A stretch of 64,000 bases of DNA from Plasmodiophora brassicae (lineage: Eukaryota), in contig CP145421.1 in NCBI GenBank assembly GCA_036867785.1, forward strand, positions 682,001-746,000, read 5' to 3'. The position numbers and the translations under genes were made by a program. The notes under the pieces were generated by a model. It was not told the origin of the DNA. It ran no database searches and saw only the letters and a program-made list of their open reading frames with translations. Of this stretch, positions 13,880 through 27,653 are shown piece by piece (the first letter of the stretch is position 1; each line of letters begins with the position of its first letter).

Positions 13880-14140
13880 ATGCAACCCAGGCTCGTCGTC
13901 GTCATTTGTCTCATCGCTTCTCTAAGTGTAGTTGTTCGTGCCCATCTTCTCGATGACAGAGCCCGAGCCCGTCGTGTGCACATGCGGTCGCTCTTTGAGC
14001 GGATCCTCGCAATGGTGCCGCCCCGGGAGAACGTGACTGATCACGATTACGAAAACGTTAAGCGGTTCCTCTTCAGCCTGTCTACGCCCGGTGACGAGTC
14101 TGTCGAGACGACACGAGCAACGCAACATCAAGAATTGTGA
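13880..14140 (+). CDS. Small protein with signal peptide and C-terminal HQEL
   Basis: MQPRLVVVICLIASLSVVVRA signal-like segment; ends HQEL-stop. Confidence 0.55.
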   Translation: MQPRLVVVICLIASLSVVVRAHLLDDRARARRVHMRSLFERILAMVPPRENVTDHDYENVKRFLFSLSTPGDESVETTRATQHQEL

Positions 14141-14179
14141 TACGCTTCAGGTTTTGCTGGCTGTTCACCGATACACTAT

Positions 14180-14656
14180 CTATCGCTCTATCAGGCGTTC
14201 GATCCTGACGCACCATCCACAGAGTGCATTGTCGATATTAAGAAGAGCGTTCGTGGTTGACGGCGCCCGAAGACGTTGCCTGGTACGGGTGGCACGCAAA
14301 GAGAAGCCAGAACATGCAGGCACCCAGCGACCAGACGTCGGCGTCTGGCCCTTTCCTCGCGTACACCTCAGGGCTATGTGCTGCAGGGAGTTCGTCCATG
14401 GCGACCGGGCACGAACGATGCCGCCAGTTGGGACGACATTCTCAAGTGCCAGGCCGACATCATCCAGCTCGACGTCAGGGATTCCGCACTGAACATTATA
14501 GTACGCTGGGAGCAGTCGTCGTCGAATTGCGTTGCGCTTGCACAGAGAGTGCGTGCTTGATTCGACGACTTTCAGAACCGTTCGCCCTACAGTAGGCACA
14601 TACTTTAGTGAGTAGTGGCTGGGCTCTGGCAGTGCCAGTGGGACGATCAGTTTCAT
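14180..14656 (-). CDS. Hypothetical protein
   Basis: ORF from MKLIVPLALPEP, divergent from the thymidylate kinase; no recognised motif. Confidence 0.35.
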   Translation of the reverse strand: MKLIVPLALPEPSHYSLKYVPTVGRTVLKVVESSTHSLCKRNAIRRRLLPAYYNVQCGIPDVELDDVGLALENVVPTGGIVRARSPWTNSLQHIALRCTRGKGQTPTSGRWVPACSGFSLRATRTRQRLRAPSTTNALLNIDNALCGWCVRIERLIER

Positions 14657-14737
14657 TTTGGCGGTGTGGGCGGCGTTGCTGTGCGGCGGGGTTGCGTCGT
14701 CGTCGTCGTGGAGAACCCCGAGCTGGCGAACCAGACG

Positions 14738-15657
14738 ATGCGAGGCGGGCGCGGCGCGTTCATCCTGCTCGAAGGGATTGACCGCAGCGGGAAGAGCACC
14801 CAGGCTCGGATGCTGGCCGACGCCCTGAAATCGCAAGGTCACCGTTGCGAGATCATCAACTTCCCAAGTCTCGACGTCGTCGCTGTATGCCGGTCGACGC
14901 GTTTGACGTTTGCTTGCGACTTAGATCGGACAACGACGATTGGCAAGGTCATTGACGAGTATTTGAGTGAGAACACGGAGATTAACGACCAGGTCGGCTG
15001 AGTTTGAAGCAATCCAGCCGCACGCCTGTCTCGACTAAGCCTTGGATGCAGGCAGTGCACCTGATGTTTTCTGCCAACCGATGGGAAATGAGGTATGTGC
15101 ATGCACGAATGAATCGTTTGGCTGAGGTGACGCTCATCCTGCATCTGTAGTGCTCACATCCAGTCGAAGCTGTCTGCTGGAACAATACTGATTGTTGACC
15201 GATATGTCTATTCCGGAATTGCATTCTCTGTCGCGAAGGTCTCCCCTGTTTTCCACGCCATGCTGCGCGTAGCTGAACGCGTCGTCAGGGTCTTGAGGTT
15301 GACTGGTGCCGAGCGTGCGATGTTGGGTTGCCATCACCGGACATCACTCTGCTCCTGGACATGTCAATCGAAGCGTCCAAGAAGCGAGGCGGGTTCGGTC
15401 GCGAGCGCTACGAAACCGAAAGGACGCAGGTCCAAGTTCGCCGGATTTTCCAGATGCTGCAGAAGCCGGAATGGAAGGTAACCGGGTTCCACAGCGTCCT
15501 CCGGTTCTACCGTTGCCCTGATGTCCCTCTTCTCATGCAGATCATCGACGCGTCGCGTCCGGCTGAACAGGTTCACAGCGACATATGCTCGGCCGTCGTA
15601 CCGAATCTCGATCGTATCGCCAAGAGCCCGTTGGCGTACATCACCCTGGACTTGTGA
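14738..15657 (+). CDS. DTYMK: Thymidylate kinase (dTMP kinase), multi-exon
   Basis: RGAFILLEGIDRSGKSTQ P-loop, HLMFSANRWE, VDRYVYSGIAFS, PDITLLLD, GGFGRERYE. Confidence 0.95.
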
Positions 15658-15836
15658 CCAATTGTTGTACAGAACTCCTCTATCTGTCCAATTATTATAT
15701 ACAAGTGTGTTGCCCCTTGTCCGAAGGGCCCTCGTTCACGTCGATCATCGTCTGAGGCACCTCCTCTCGACGGGCCTCGCACCGTTCCGTTTAGAATACA
15801 AATCGCGCGCAAGCGGCGTACTGCGTGCGGGCGACC

Positions 15837-18800
15837 ATGCAGGAGACGATGGTCGACGACGATGACGATCGCAACCTGATGATGGTCGCCAAGCCCGACT
15901 GGGTCGACCATGGTACGCTCAGTGTCGTTGAGCGCGCCCCGGCTGATGTGCGATATTGGCGGAACGCGTAGAACAGACAGCGATCAATGCCGTATCGATT
16001 CATCCCGAAGGGGCTCGCATGGCGACCGCTGGCGGAGGTTGGAACAATCATGGGTTGTCGGATCGTCTCCACTGATGTCGCCTGTGCCGCAGATTCTCGC
16101 GTCAAGATCTGGGCTGTGGCCCCGTTGTTACAGGAGCCGGCTGAACACGACGATCGCATCGAGAAGCTTCTGTGCACGTTGACGGTCCACACGGGCGGTG
16201 TCAATTCCGTGCGGTGGTCGCCCTCCGGGCACCTCCTCGTAAGCAGAGACAACGGGCTGATTGCGACAGCGCCTACACTGAAGAGGCATCGTTGCAGGCG
16301 TCGGGTGGAGATGACAGGGCGGTCCTGCTGTGGATGTACGCTGGCAAGGCGTCGGGCGGGAATTCATTCTCAGGACCAGCGGTCGAATCGTATAAATGCG
16401 TTGGCAACCTCGTCGGGCACGAAGCCGATATCCAGGACCTGGCGTGGTCACCGGGTAAGGATCCGATCTGTTCGTTCCATACCGTGGATAACGTTGTGGG
16501 CAGACTGCAGGAGGCTGGCGTCCTGTAGTGTCGATAACAGCATTATCATCTGGAATACGGACACATTCACGAAGGTTGGCCAGGTCGTTTAGCGTCTGAC
16601 GGGTGCCACCTAATCTCCCGTGCAGATTGCTACCTTGACAGGTCATACGAACTGGGTGAAAGGTCGCTTGACCGTGCCGGACCCAACGTTCGATGTCACC
16701 TGTCTGTAACCATCGCCTTCTCAGGTCTAGCGTGGGATCCGCTCGACGGCTACTTGATATCACAATCAGAAGACGGCACGATGGTAGTGTGGCGAACCGG
16801 TGGGGTCGTGTCATCGGCACACTCCAAGCGTCCTGATTGTGCACCTGTGTAGAGGATTGGGTGGCCGAACACACTATTAGGAAGCCATTTCTGGACAAGC
16901 AGTTTGCCCACAACTATGCAAGCGACATCAATCGGCAGATTGTTTTTCGGCGGCCGTCATGGTCGCCGGACGGTTCCGTCGTTGTTGGTTCCTATGCGCA
17001 TCATAAGGTTGCGATTTGTTGACGTGAATGTCCTATGAAAGTGACATGGCTGCGTCCGCAGGTGTTCACATCGCCCGTGCTGAATCGAGGCTCGTGGAAG
17101 AAGAACGTCGCATTCGTTGGGCACACCCGCCCGACAACCGTGTCCCGATTCAATCCACGCCTGTTTACTCGCGATGGCCCGTCCAAAGAGGGCGGCGGCA
17201 AGTTCTACGTCTGTGCTGGTACGCCAATCGGCCTATGCTGTAGGGGCAGCTGAGGTCATACGCTTTATAGTTGGCTCGATGGATTCCTCTATCTCTATCT
17301 GGGCGACACATAGCAAGACCCCGCTTGCCGTCTTTCGTCATTTCTTTGCGCAGGCTGTTCTTGATATGTCATGGACGCCAGATGGATTGTTCGTCGGCTC
17401 GATTTGCGCCGTTGTGGTCTTCGCTTACTAATCGTGCGTCATGCGAAGGTCGTTGTTGATTTGTTCGCACGAAGGAGAAATTGCCGCGATTCGATTTGGT
17501 CTGAACGACTTTGGGGGCCGCCGTATGACCGATGCCGAACAAAGGGCGGCCATTGATGAGCAGTCTGTTCGCGTTGTTGCCCCGATCGCGGAAACCCCTA
17601 CTGCTCTCCAGTTACGTGCAGGAGCTCCATTTGGCGAAGGTGCCTCGTGGCCTCAGCCGCCGGAGCGCAGCCGGTATGTTACGTTTGGCGTATAGCACGG
17701 CATCTGTCTAATCGCCATCGCACAGCCTTGACCGGTTAGACCGTCTCATGAGCGGAAGGCAATCGTCCGCCATTGGTGCTTCCTCCCAACCTGGCCCAGA
17801 CCTTCTAAAGACTCAGCAAGTTCGTTACAACTTGCGAATGTCATGCCATGCCTTTAACATTGCGGATAGGAATCACGGGCGCCTGATGGCAAACGGCGCA
17901 TCGTGCCTGTTCTTGCGAGCGGTCCTAGTGGTCCGGCCGCTCCTCCTGCTCCAGGTCCCAGCCAGTCCGTACAGCGACCTGCTGCACTGCCTGCCGTCGA
18001 ACTCCCTGCAGAACACAGTATGCAGCCACAGCCTTGGGCGAAACCGGTGTCGATAGCTGCTCTCGAGCGCAGACAAAGGTCAGGAGTGTGCGCTCGCTTT
18101 TCGTTCATCTGGTTTCATGGCCCGCTAGGTTCGCCGTCCCTGTCGACACAAGCATGTCTGACGAGACCCAGAAAATACTCGGATTGCAACCGCTGACACC
18201 CGAGCCCATTGTCGTCGAAGTTATCACGGGCGCGTCAGGTGACGCCAATCGATTGACAGCAGAACAACGTCGCCGTTTCCTTACCCGTGTCTCCAGGGAC
18301 ATCACAGCTGCGGGCATCGAAAGGGTCGACGACGGTCTGGCGAGCGATTCTGCATGGAACTGTTGTTGACTTCCGCGCCAACTCCTCCGTTTGTGTCGCA
18401 GTGACGTCGGACGGCGACATGTTCTGGTTGTCACCGACTGGTATGCGCACCCATCCGCCAGTTATCCTTCCTGCCCAACGTGAGTCGCTGTCCTCTGAAA
18501 TTCCCCCTGTTTCTGACCTGTCACCTTAGCGAGCCATTTGTCGTTAAACTCGTCGTGCCGTGTGCTGACGATTTGTTCCGATGCGTCGCTGGCTCTCTGG
18601 GACGCCGTTGCAGGACGGGTTCTGCTGGAGGCGTCCATTGCGCCATTGCTACGACCTGGTACTATCGCACTGGTTTGTTCTTGCGTCGATGGCTAACGTC
18701 TAGCGCGCCAGGTTTGCAATTTTCGACGGCCGTGATCGATCCTAAGAGCGGTTATCCCTTGGTGACGCTTTCGAACTCGTACACGTTCACATATTCTGCC

Positions 18801-19472
18801 GACCTTCGCGCATGGTTGCGTATCGCTGACGACTCTTTCGTTCAATCTGAGCTGTATTCGTCACTTTCGGGAGGCGCGTCAGGTTTGCTGTGTACTGAGA
18901 CATTGTCGAGAGAACAGGTCTGTGATGTGGTGCCACAGGCGGATCACTAGCCCCGCTGGCTTACATGAGCGTCGACGACCGGGCGCTCATAACGCTGGCA
19001 CACGCCGAACACCAGCTTGCAACTGCGGACGTGACCGGGTCATCAGAGGAGTACAGGTTCTGGGCGCTCACCCTGTGCAGATGTATGCCTTCCGATTCGT
19101 CCCACGAAACTCGTCTGAGTGATCGCGTCAACAGGTCTCGTGAAGCGCGCCAGCGCCGCGCATCCCCATTACCAGACACGGCTCGGCGAGTTCTGCTTTC
19201 GACTGCTGGGCCCGTTGCCGACAGCCGGGTCTGCGCCGCCCCCATGGCAATCGCATGCCGCCGTACGTTCCCCTATGCCGACTCGCCGAACAGCACGCGT
19301 CCTAACCCGGAACGATCTACAGGCTGGCCGCGTCAGCAAACGGGACCTGCTTCGACAATTCATTCCCGTGATCGCCGAGAACCCGTCGCTCCAGAAGCTG
19401 GCCGTCCTACTTGCGCAACAGCTCGATCGCCTATCGTCGAACGACACCGCCGACAGGCGCGCGCAGGCGTAA
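15837..19472 (+). CDS. HIRA: Histone chaperone HIRA (WD40 + Hira domain), multi-exon
   Basis: KPDWVDH start, HTGGVNSVRWSPSG, GHEADIQDLAWSP, FRRPSWSPDG, B-motif-like DGKRRIVP, YTFTYSADLRAWLRIAD, TLAHAEHQL. Confidence 0.9.
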
Positions 19473-19548
19473 ACATTGGAGCACACTCCCTAAACTATAC
19501 GCGCGCGTAGATCAACCCGTGTGGTGCGAATTCGTCGCGGCAGGTTAG

Positions 19549-20394
<846 letters not shown>

Positions 20395-20659
20395 TCTGTC
20401 TCTGGGCCACCTGGTCCTTAATCGAACCCAGCGCAGCTCTGCGACCCAGCACCATCCTACCCCAATACAATCACAGTGGCACATTCATTGGCTAACGGCA
20501 CGGGTCGGCGGCCCCGTTGGAAACCCGGATGACGATGCGTCCCGGTGCCGCCACATTCCTCTGGGGCGTTCGGTCGAACAGGAGGGACCTGCCCCGGTCC
20601 GTGTGCCTCCGACGCGTCGCTGGCATTCATCCGGGCTGGTGGCGCGTTCGCCCAAGACC

Positions 20660-21683
20660 ATGGGCACGACAAAGACGTGGGTCGTTGCGGTTGCCCTTCT
20701 GGCCGTACACGTCCTTGCGATGGTTCCGCAGGCGGCCAGATTGCTGGCCGCCGTCCAGATACGCCCCCGGCACCAGATGGTGATCCCGATCACGCCGAGC
20801 GCGCCGTTTCGCAGGCCGATCCAGTCGTTGACGATCACCGTTGAGATCGCAGGCGTTCAGAGCGACGTTGGCCTGAGCCCGGTCGTGTCTGCGAACCTGG
20901 TGCATTCGCAATGGTGCAACAAGGTGGGTGGCGCGCACGAGGTCCCCCTGCAGGACAGCGTGCCAACCCCCGCGGTCACGTTCGAGGTGTCGTCGCAGGC
21001 GACCAAGGTCATCGAGACGCCTGGCTGGACCGACGGCGGCGTCTGCCTTGTCATTCGCCCGGTCGGCAAGGAAATCGGCATGATGGTCAGCGAGGACGCC
21101 TGGGTCGTCCACCTGAACGTTGGCGTGGAGCCGCACCTGAACTGGCACCAGCTCGCCCTGCAGTACCTGTTCTGCGCCACCGTTGCCCTCTGCATCGCGC
21201 GCATCGTCGGCGACTTTGCACGCAACGGCGTCGCCGAGCCGGCCACCGCCGTCCAGGCCGACCCTAAGGTACGCCGCGTTTCACCTTCGCCGTCCCTTCG
21301 TACACCAGCCCCACACCGGTTGACACGGGCCGTGGATTGGACAGGGTGACGGAGCGGGTCGTGGTGGTGGTGCCGGGGCCGCGATCAACGCCGGCGACCC
21401 GTTCTGGTGTCGGTGTGCCGAATGCGCCGACGATGACGTGGACTTCGGCGACGACGACGACGACGACGCCCCGAGCGTCAGCAGCGTCGGCGACGATGGC
21501 CGCGTACGCGGGGACGATCGTCCAGGCTACAGGGGCGATGCACCGGCGACAACGTGCGCGTCGTCGAGTGACGACGACAGCGAGCGGAAGCCCGACGGTC
21601 TGGCCGGCCGCCGTCAATGGATTGACGTCGACGACAACCGCGACGCCGACGAATACGAATACGTGTCTGTGTGCAACGACTAG
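20660..21683 (+). CDS. Hypothetical single-pass membrane protein with acidic tail
   Basis: Signal-like N-terminus, TM segment (LALQYLFCATVALCIA), intron at about 21268-21344, then an Asp-rich exon. Confidence 0.5.
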
Positions 21684-21789
21684 ACGCGCCGCCTGCCCAG
21701 GAACAGTCGACACTACAATGGTCTCTCTTGTGTTACAGGGTTCCTGTCCATTGGAGCGGCATTGTCGCCTTCTGTATAGTGCAGTGACG

Positions 21790-24307
21790 TCAGGCGACTT
21801 CGGTGCGTCGACGCCCCGACGGCGCCTGACGATTGATCAGGTCCTCGGCGGACGACGACCGCCGGAACTCGTGATCCGACTTGCTGCCGCTGCTGTTCCC
21901 CTTCTTCTCGGTCAACAGCTCCAGGTCGCGCGCCAGCATCAGGCTGTTCCTCCTGGCGAACTGGCTGCGTACCTGGAGCATGGCGACCGTCTTCGTCACG
22001 CTGCTGCGCTTGTGCATGACGCGGGCGACGAAGTTGCGGTCGAACTCCTCGTCCCGGGAGTGGATCAGGTCGAGCTGTCGTTCGCTCTCGACGGACGACG
22101 GCAGCTTCTTCACCTCGGCGATCCGGATCCTGGACCAGTTCTCGCGAACCGATAGCATGTTCCGCACCATGAAGTCCATGTTCTCGAACGCGTCGGCGAT
22201 GCAGGCTATCAGCGGGGCGGCGATGAAGTCGATGAAGTTCAGGGACATCTCGGCCTGCGAGTCACGCCGCCGGTCCATGTAGGGCGAGACGGGCAGGTGC
22301 ATCTGCCGCTCGAGGTCGCCCTGGTTCCAGAACTCGGCGATGCACAGATCGGACCAGCGTTTCGCCTGTGGCCACTCCTTGCAGACGTTGTTGATGTCGG
22401 CGCAGTGCTGTCGCATAGCCCCGGGTCAGACGCGCGTCGTGCGGAAACAAGAGCCACACAAACGGGACCAGACCATCATGATGTTCAGCGCCAGTTTGAC
22501 TTCTTTCTTTCGGGCCTCGTCGAACGTCGACGACAGGTTCGGTCGGGAGTCAGACGCGTGCTTCTTGTACATCTTCGCCAGGCAGTCAGACATCCGGAGA
22601 GACGAGGCGGCGGGCGCGGCCGCTGCGAGCAGTGATACTGACCTTGATCTTCTCGAAGACCATGTCGCCCTTCGCGACCAGTTCGAAGTGGAACTTCATG
22701 TCGGTCGCCATGATGCAGGACAGGATGACGGAGCGGACCTCCGACTTGATGGGCGACTTCATCTCCGCCAGGATGTTGTACTCGGGCTCGGTGAGTATCG
22801 AGTACAGCGTGGCGGCATGGTGGTTCTCCAGCACGCTCTGGTCGTTGTACAGCAGCGCTAGTTTGCTGCCAGTATTGACCTGCAACGCCACAGCGTTCAG
22901 TGACGCCCGGGTCAGGGCAGGCGATACCCGGCAACACGTCACCTGGAACAGGTTGTTCGTTCCCGGGTGCCCTATGTCATGGGCCAGGGCGGCCACCAGG
23001 AACCCGAGCTTCTGCCACCCTGCCGAGATGGCGTCGAGACCCGACCGTTTGTACATGAAGTAGCACGTCTGCAGTACGTCGACCCCATGGTAGAAGTTGT
23101 GGAACGGGTTCGTGTTGATGTACGCCTTCGAGATGCGCCGTATCAGGCTGAGCGTCATGTCGGACGTAACCTGGCGACGACGACATTGAGCGTTCCGGGC
23201 AGGAGGCGGGCGCGCCCGTTCGTCCGGTTTCGTACCGAATACTGCTGCATGACGCCGGCGGAATGGAAAATGGCGAACGCCACCATGTCCAGGTTCTCCA
23301 GGGAGTAGGCGAACACGTCAAAGTTCTCGCTGTCGAGGCCGCCCAGAATGCTCTCGTCGGAGATGCCCGGGATCGACAGACGATTCGGGGTCGGGATGCC
23401 GGAATCGCTGTTCGCCTTCGCCTCCGGCGTGCTCGGCAGCGGTTGTCGCGGTTGGTTGGTCAGCGAGAACGAGAACCTGGTCGGCCTGATGATCGACGAC
23501 CGCGTGAACTCGTTCGTCAGCCAGCGTTTCGCCTGGGTGTCCAGCCCGCTCTCCTCGATGACCTCGTCGTTGACGTCGTTGTGGATCACGAGGCCCTGCT
23601 GCCTGAACCGCATGACCAGCTGCAGAACGCGTTGGGCACAGGCCGCGTAATCGGTCGACTGCGACTCCCGATCGTCACCCGTTGTCCTGCACCGGCCAGA
23701 ACGGCGTCAGCATGGGGGGTGGGGCGTTCCGCTCCCCTCTGGCCGATGGGATCATACCTGTTGGCCGCATACTCCGTTTGGGCTTCCTCGTACTCGTCGA
23801 CGACCTTCATGATGGACGACATCAGCTGGTAGGCGTCGGTGGACGTCAGCGTTTTCATGTCCAGCAGCGTCCATTCGGCCTGCTCGAGCTTCTCGCGCAG
23901 CACCTGCATCTCCTGCGGGTCCACTGTGCCCAACGAGGATCAGCAACAGGTTGCCAGACGGGTGGGCCGCTTCGACGCTGCGTCGTACTACCTGCAGGCT
24001 GTGCCAGCGCTGGGAACAGGGTCTCCTTCAACGATCGCCGCCGTCCGCTGGACTGCTTGGCGTCCTTCGCGCATGGCGAATCGTACGCCTTCGTCTCGGC
24101 GAACTCGTCGTCCGCCTTGCAATTCACATCGATGTCGATCGTCGTCGCCGGCGCGACCTTCGGGCATCCACTCGGGCGCCACGCGATCGGGATGACGGCC
24201 TCTATCTGGCCCAGATCCGCGGGGACGGGATCACAAGCGGTATCGCGCTGCAACGCCGCGTCCGGCTCCCCTCTAGCGGCGGCTGGCTTCGAGAAACAGG
24301 TCCCCAT
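21790..24307 (-). CDS. 3',5'-cyclic nucleotide phosphodiesterase (class I), multi-exon
   Basis: NPFHNFYHGVDV, AALAHDIGHPGTNN, YNDQSVLENHH, IMATDM, HCADINN, EFWNQGDLE. Confidence 0.93.
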
Positions 24308-24782
24308 GGACGGCCGCGACGCCTTCAGAGCCGCAAAGGGCACCGTGGAGCGCCTCCGACACACATAGACGTTAGATTAGCGCCGACCCCCCGGGTGGGT
24401 GCTCCATGCGCGTACGCTACGATCGACCCACGTAATAGTTGGCCCACGAAGCATCGGTACCCAGTCAGCCGTCTACTATTCGTTTAGCCTCTCATGATAA
24501 GTGCGGAACTGCGTTTTCGCATCTGTGCGCGGGGACCCGGTAGGCCAGGCGGGCCGCCGAGACTCGCCAGTGCGGACTGGGGACTGGGCACACCCGTCTG
24601 GCACCTCAGTGTCCGCGAGGAGCAGCATACGACACTACATACCATATCAGTCAGCGTCGAAGATGTCGTCTAGTCGTCGTTCGCGAGACTGTTGCATTGT
24701 GCGGGTAACGGGGTGGCGATGGTCGAACGTCAGTGCAGTGCGGGGACGTGCAGTCAACGCGCGTCGCAGTCCGTGCCGCGTG

Positions 24783-25274
24783 ATGGCGTCGTCGTCGACA
24801 GGGACGGCGTCGACGGTGGTCGAGTCGCAGTCGCCGGCCGACGCCGTTGACCCGGTCGCGCTGGCGGTGCCGCCCAATGCGATCGTGCCGCTGCACCTGC
24901 GGCGGGGGGCGCGACCGCGACGACGCACGTCCCCGTCGAGGTCGGTCCAGTTCACGGCCGAGACCGTCGACAATGAGCACCTGGACAAGAAGAAGTCGAA
25001 GAGTAAGGGTGGTGGGCGGCCATTGTTGTACGTCTGCTCACAAGGACGTCTGGCAGAGTGCTGCATATTCCACAAGAAACGGGTCTTCGGGGAGAGCGAC
25101 AGCGAAAGCGGGGACGATTCGCACGGCAGCTGTAGCAGTGACGGTGGGCCACAGCCGACATCGCCCGGCAGCAGTAGCAGTGACGGGGGGCCACAGCCGT
25201 CGTCGTCGGCCACGAGACACAGCAAACGCATAGCGACAAAGCGGCGTAAGGATTTCTACCATGGCGGCCAATGA
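24783..25274 (+). CDS. YPI1: Protein phosphatase 1 inhibitor-3 (Ypi1/PPP1R11 family)
   Basis: RSVQFTAETVDNEHLDKKKSK(intron)CCIFHK..FGESDSES. Confidence 0.9.
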   Translation: MASSSTGTASTVVESQSPADAVDPVALAVPPNAIVPLHLRRGARPRRRTSPSRSVQFTAETVDNEHLDKKKSKSKGGGRPLLYVCSQGRLAECCIFHKKRVFGESDSESGDDSHGSCSSDGGPQPTSPGSSSSDGGPQPSSSATRHSKRIATKRRKDFYHGGQ

Positions 25275-25331
25275 AACAACTATTATTGTGAAAGCTGACG
25301 AGTTGTATGAGAGCGGATGGAGGCATGGTGT

Positions 25332-27378
25332 TCACTCGAGAGGCGTGCCTTCCGGGACGCTGTAGAACCGGACGGTCGGTTCGTTGGGATCGCGCAGGAT
25401 CACGTACGTGCCGCAGTCCAGGGACTCGATCGTCGCCAGGAACATGTGGAGCGAGCCCCAGAGGTACGTCGGCTTGACGCCGACCTGGTGGGCGAACTCC
25501 AGCGGCTTGAAGCGCTGGACGCCGAGAATCGTGTGCTGCTTGGGGTCGGCGGGCGCGATCCTGCTCACGAACCCCATGCGGACCTCATCCACACCGGACA
25601 GCAACGTCTGGCACGGAACACGGTTAGCAACGTTCGGCGAGGAGCCCTCACTACGACCGTACCTGTCCAATCCAACGCGTCATCTTGCAGGCGTTGTTGC
25701 GGAACTCGGTGGCGATGATGTAGCCGCGTTGCACGTCGAGCTTCTGGCGCCAGTCGGCCACGCCCGTACCGGTCTTGGCATCGAACTCCAGAACGGAGCG
25801 GACGGCAAGCAGCAGCATGTCACGATCCGTATCGGAGGATTTCTTCTCGACGGCGGCCTGGATCTCGGAACGAACAACGACGCGCTTGTTGTCGCCCAGC
25901 TGGAACCGTCGGTACCGGTACGCCGACGGCGGCACACCGGTCACCGTCGCCGGGCGAGCATCAGGGAACGTCAGCGCGATTTCATCTTTGACGACCTGGG
26001 CAATGAAGTCGCGTTGGACGCCGGTGGCCTCATGCATCAGCTGGGTGGCGTGGTTGATGGAATCCGCAGGAGGTTCTTCCTCGACGAGATCTTGCCCGGT
26101 CTCGTTCACGGTCTGGAAGCCGATCAACGAGGACGGACGACGATCAAGGAAGACGCCTTCGGGGGTCTTCCGAACGACAATGTCCCAGCTGTTGACGCTC
26201 CGAGGAGCCGCCATCAGCAACGACAGAACGGTGTCGGTCGCGTAGTAGTCTCCTGCCTTGTCCGCCGTAAGTCGCTTCATGAACACGTCCTCATCAGGGC
26301 GAATTCCAGTGAACCGGGCAGTGCTGCCGCGAAGCTTGGCCGGTGCTCGCGTCGTGATACGATCGACCACCTTGTCGTACAGGCGTAACCCGCCCGACTC
26401 GTACAGCGTCTGGACCGACTGCGATTCACGACGCATACGGGATTCCTCATCCTCGCTGCTATCGTCAGCGCGCCCGCGCATGCGCTTCCCGCCGCTTGTC
26501 TTCTCGAGGAAGGCCAGCGTCGCGCTTTCGAGCTGAGCGATCGAAAGCTGAGCGACCTCGGACCATTCGGGCTGGACGGTGATCGACGGCGGATTGACTT
26601 TGGGCGCGCGGTCCCAGTCACGAGGGCCGAAACGGCGACGAGGCTCCCAGCGGCCCTTCTGCTTCTTCCGTTGCTGTTGCTGCTGAGGCGCGCCAGACTG
26701 ACCGCCCTGACCCGCACCGGACGCGCCGCCGGAACGTCCGTCTTGAGCCCCAGAACCATGGTAGCCGCCCCGGCCGCCACCCCAGGCTCCACCACGACCG
26801 CCACCCCAGGATCCACCACGACCGCCACGTCCCCCACGAGGACGGTTGCCACCGATTCTCTGAATCCCGAAGCGGGACTTCGGCTTGGGCTTCGTGTCGA
26901 CCAGCGAAAAGGACGTTTCGTCCTCTGTAGTGACAGTGTCAGAGCGTCGCGAAGCAGACAGCAAATCAAACAGTGCAATCCAGCAATCGTCAAACGTGTT
27001 CAGAGAGAAGATTAGGAAATATTCGTCATTGAAGACTCGGGAGGAACATTCTCATCACAACGCGACAGGGCCGAAACGTCGTCGGCGTACCTTGTTTGTT
27101 AAACGCCAGCGCAGTGGTCGATGCGCCGCCGTACGAGGCCCCATATCGGTCACGGCGGCCATCGTGAGACGACTGCTGTGTGGACAGGAAATCCGCGGGC
27201 CTGCCGATCCTGTCCGACTTGCTGAACAGCGCGAACGGCACCGTCAACTCGCCTATCCATGCGCATTCAGCGTGTGCACCACGGCAACAGTGCACGGCCT
27301 CGGCATACCATCCGTCGAGAGGGCCGGCCCCCAGCCGTCCTTATGCGACGCGCAAGGCTTCAGATGCAACAGCGCCAT
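25332..27378 (-). CDS. EIF3D: Eukaryotic translation initiation factor 3 subunit D, multi-exon
   Basis: DGWGP, PFALFSKSDRIGRPADF, FSLVD, YATDTVLSLLMAAPRSVNSWDIVV, DWRQKLDVQRG, MGFVSR, YVILRDPN. Confidence 0.95.
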
Positions 27379-27653
27379 TGGTTGTATGGCAGACCCGCGG
27401 ACTCCGTGCGCCGATTCCGTGAGGCCGTGTCGATGTCGCGGACTGCGTCGACAGACAGCGATGCCGGTTCGGGCGAAGTAATTCTGCTTGATCGAATAAT
27501 GTTGTAATGAAGGGGTGTTTGTTTACAAGCCTGTTTTACCGTTCCGGAGCCATTGTCGTGCGCCTGTATGTGTCGCCGTCTGTCGTAAAAGAACGAAGCC
27601 TTCAAACATTTTGGTCCGAGCTTCCTCCACTTGATATATGGTGTCGGACATGT

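Noticed and set aside
25130-25202. 42-bp-period tandem repeat
   Set aside because: Two coding repeats (SSDGGPQP) in the low-complexity tail of Ypi1; not CRISPR-like.
26755-26850. Short tandem repeats encoding GGGRGG.W
   Set aside because: Ordinary RGG-rich low-complexity segment within eIF3d.
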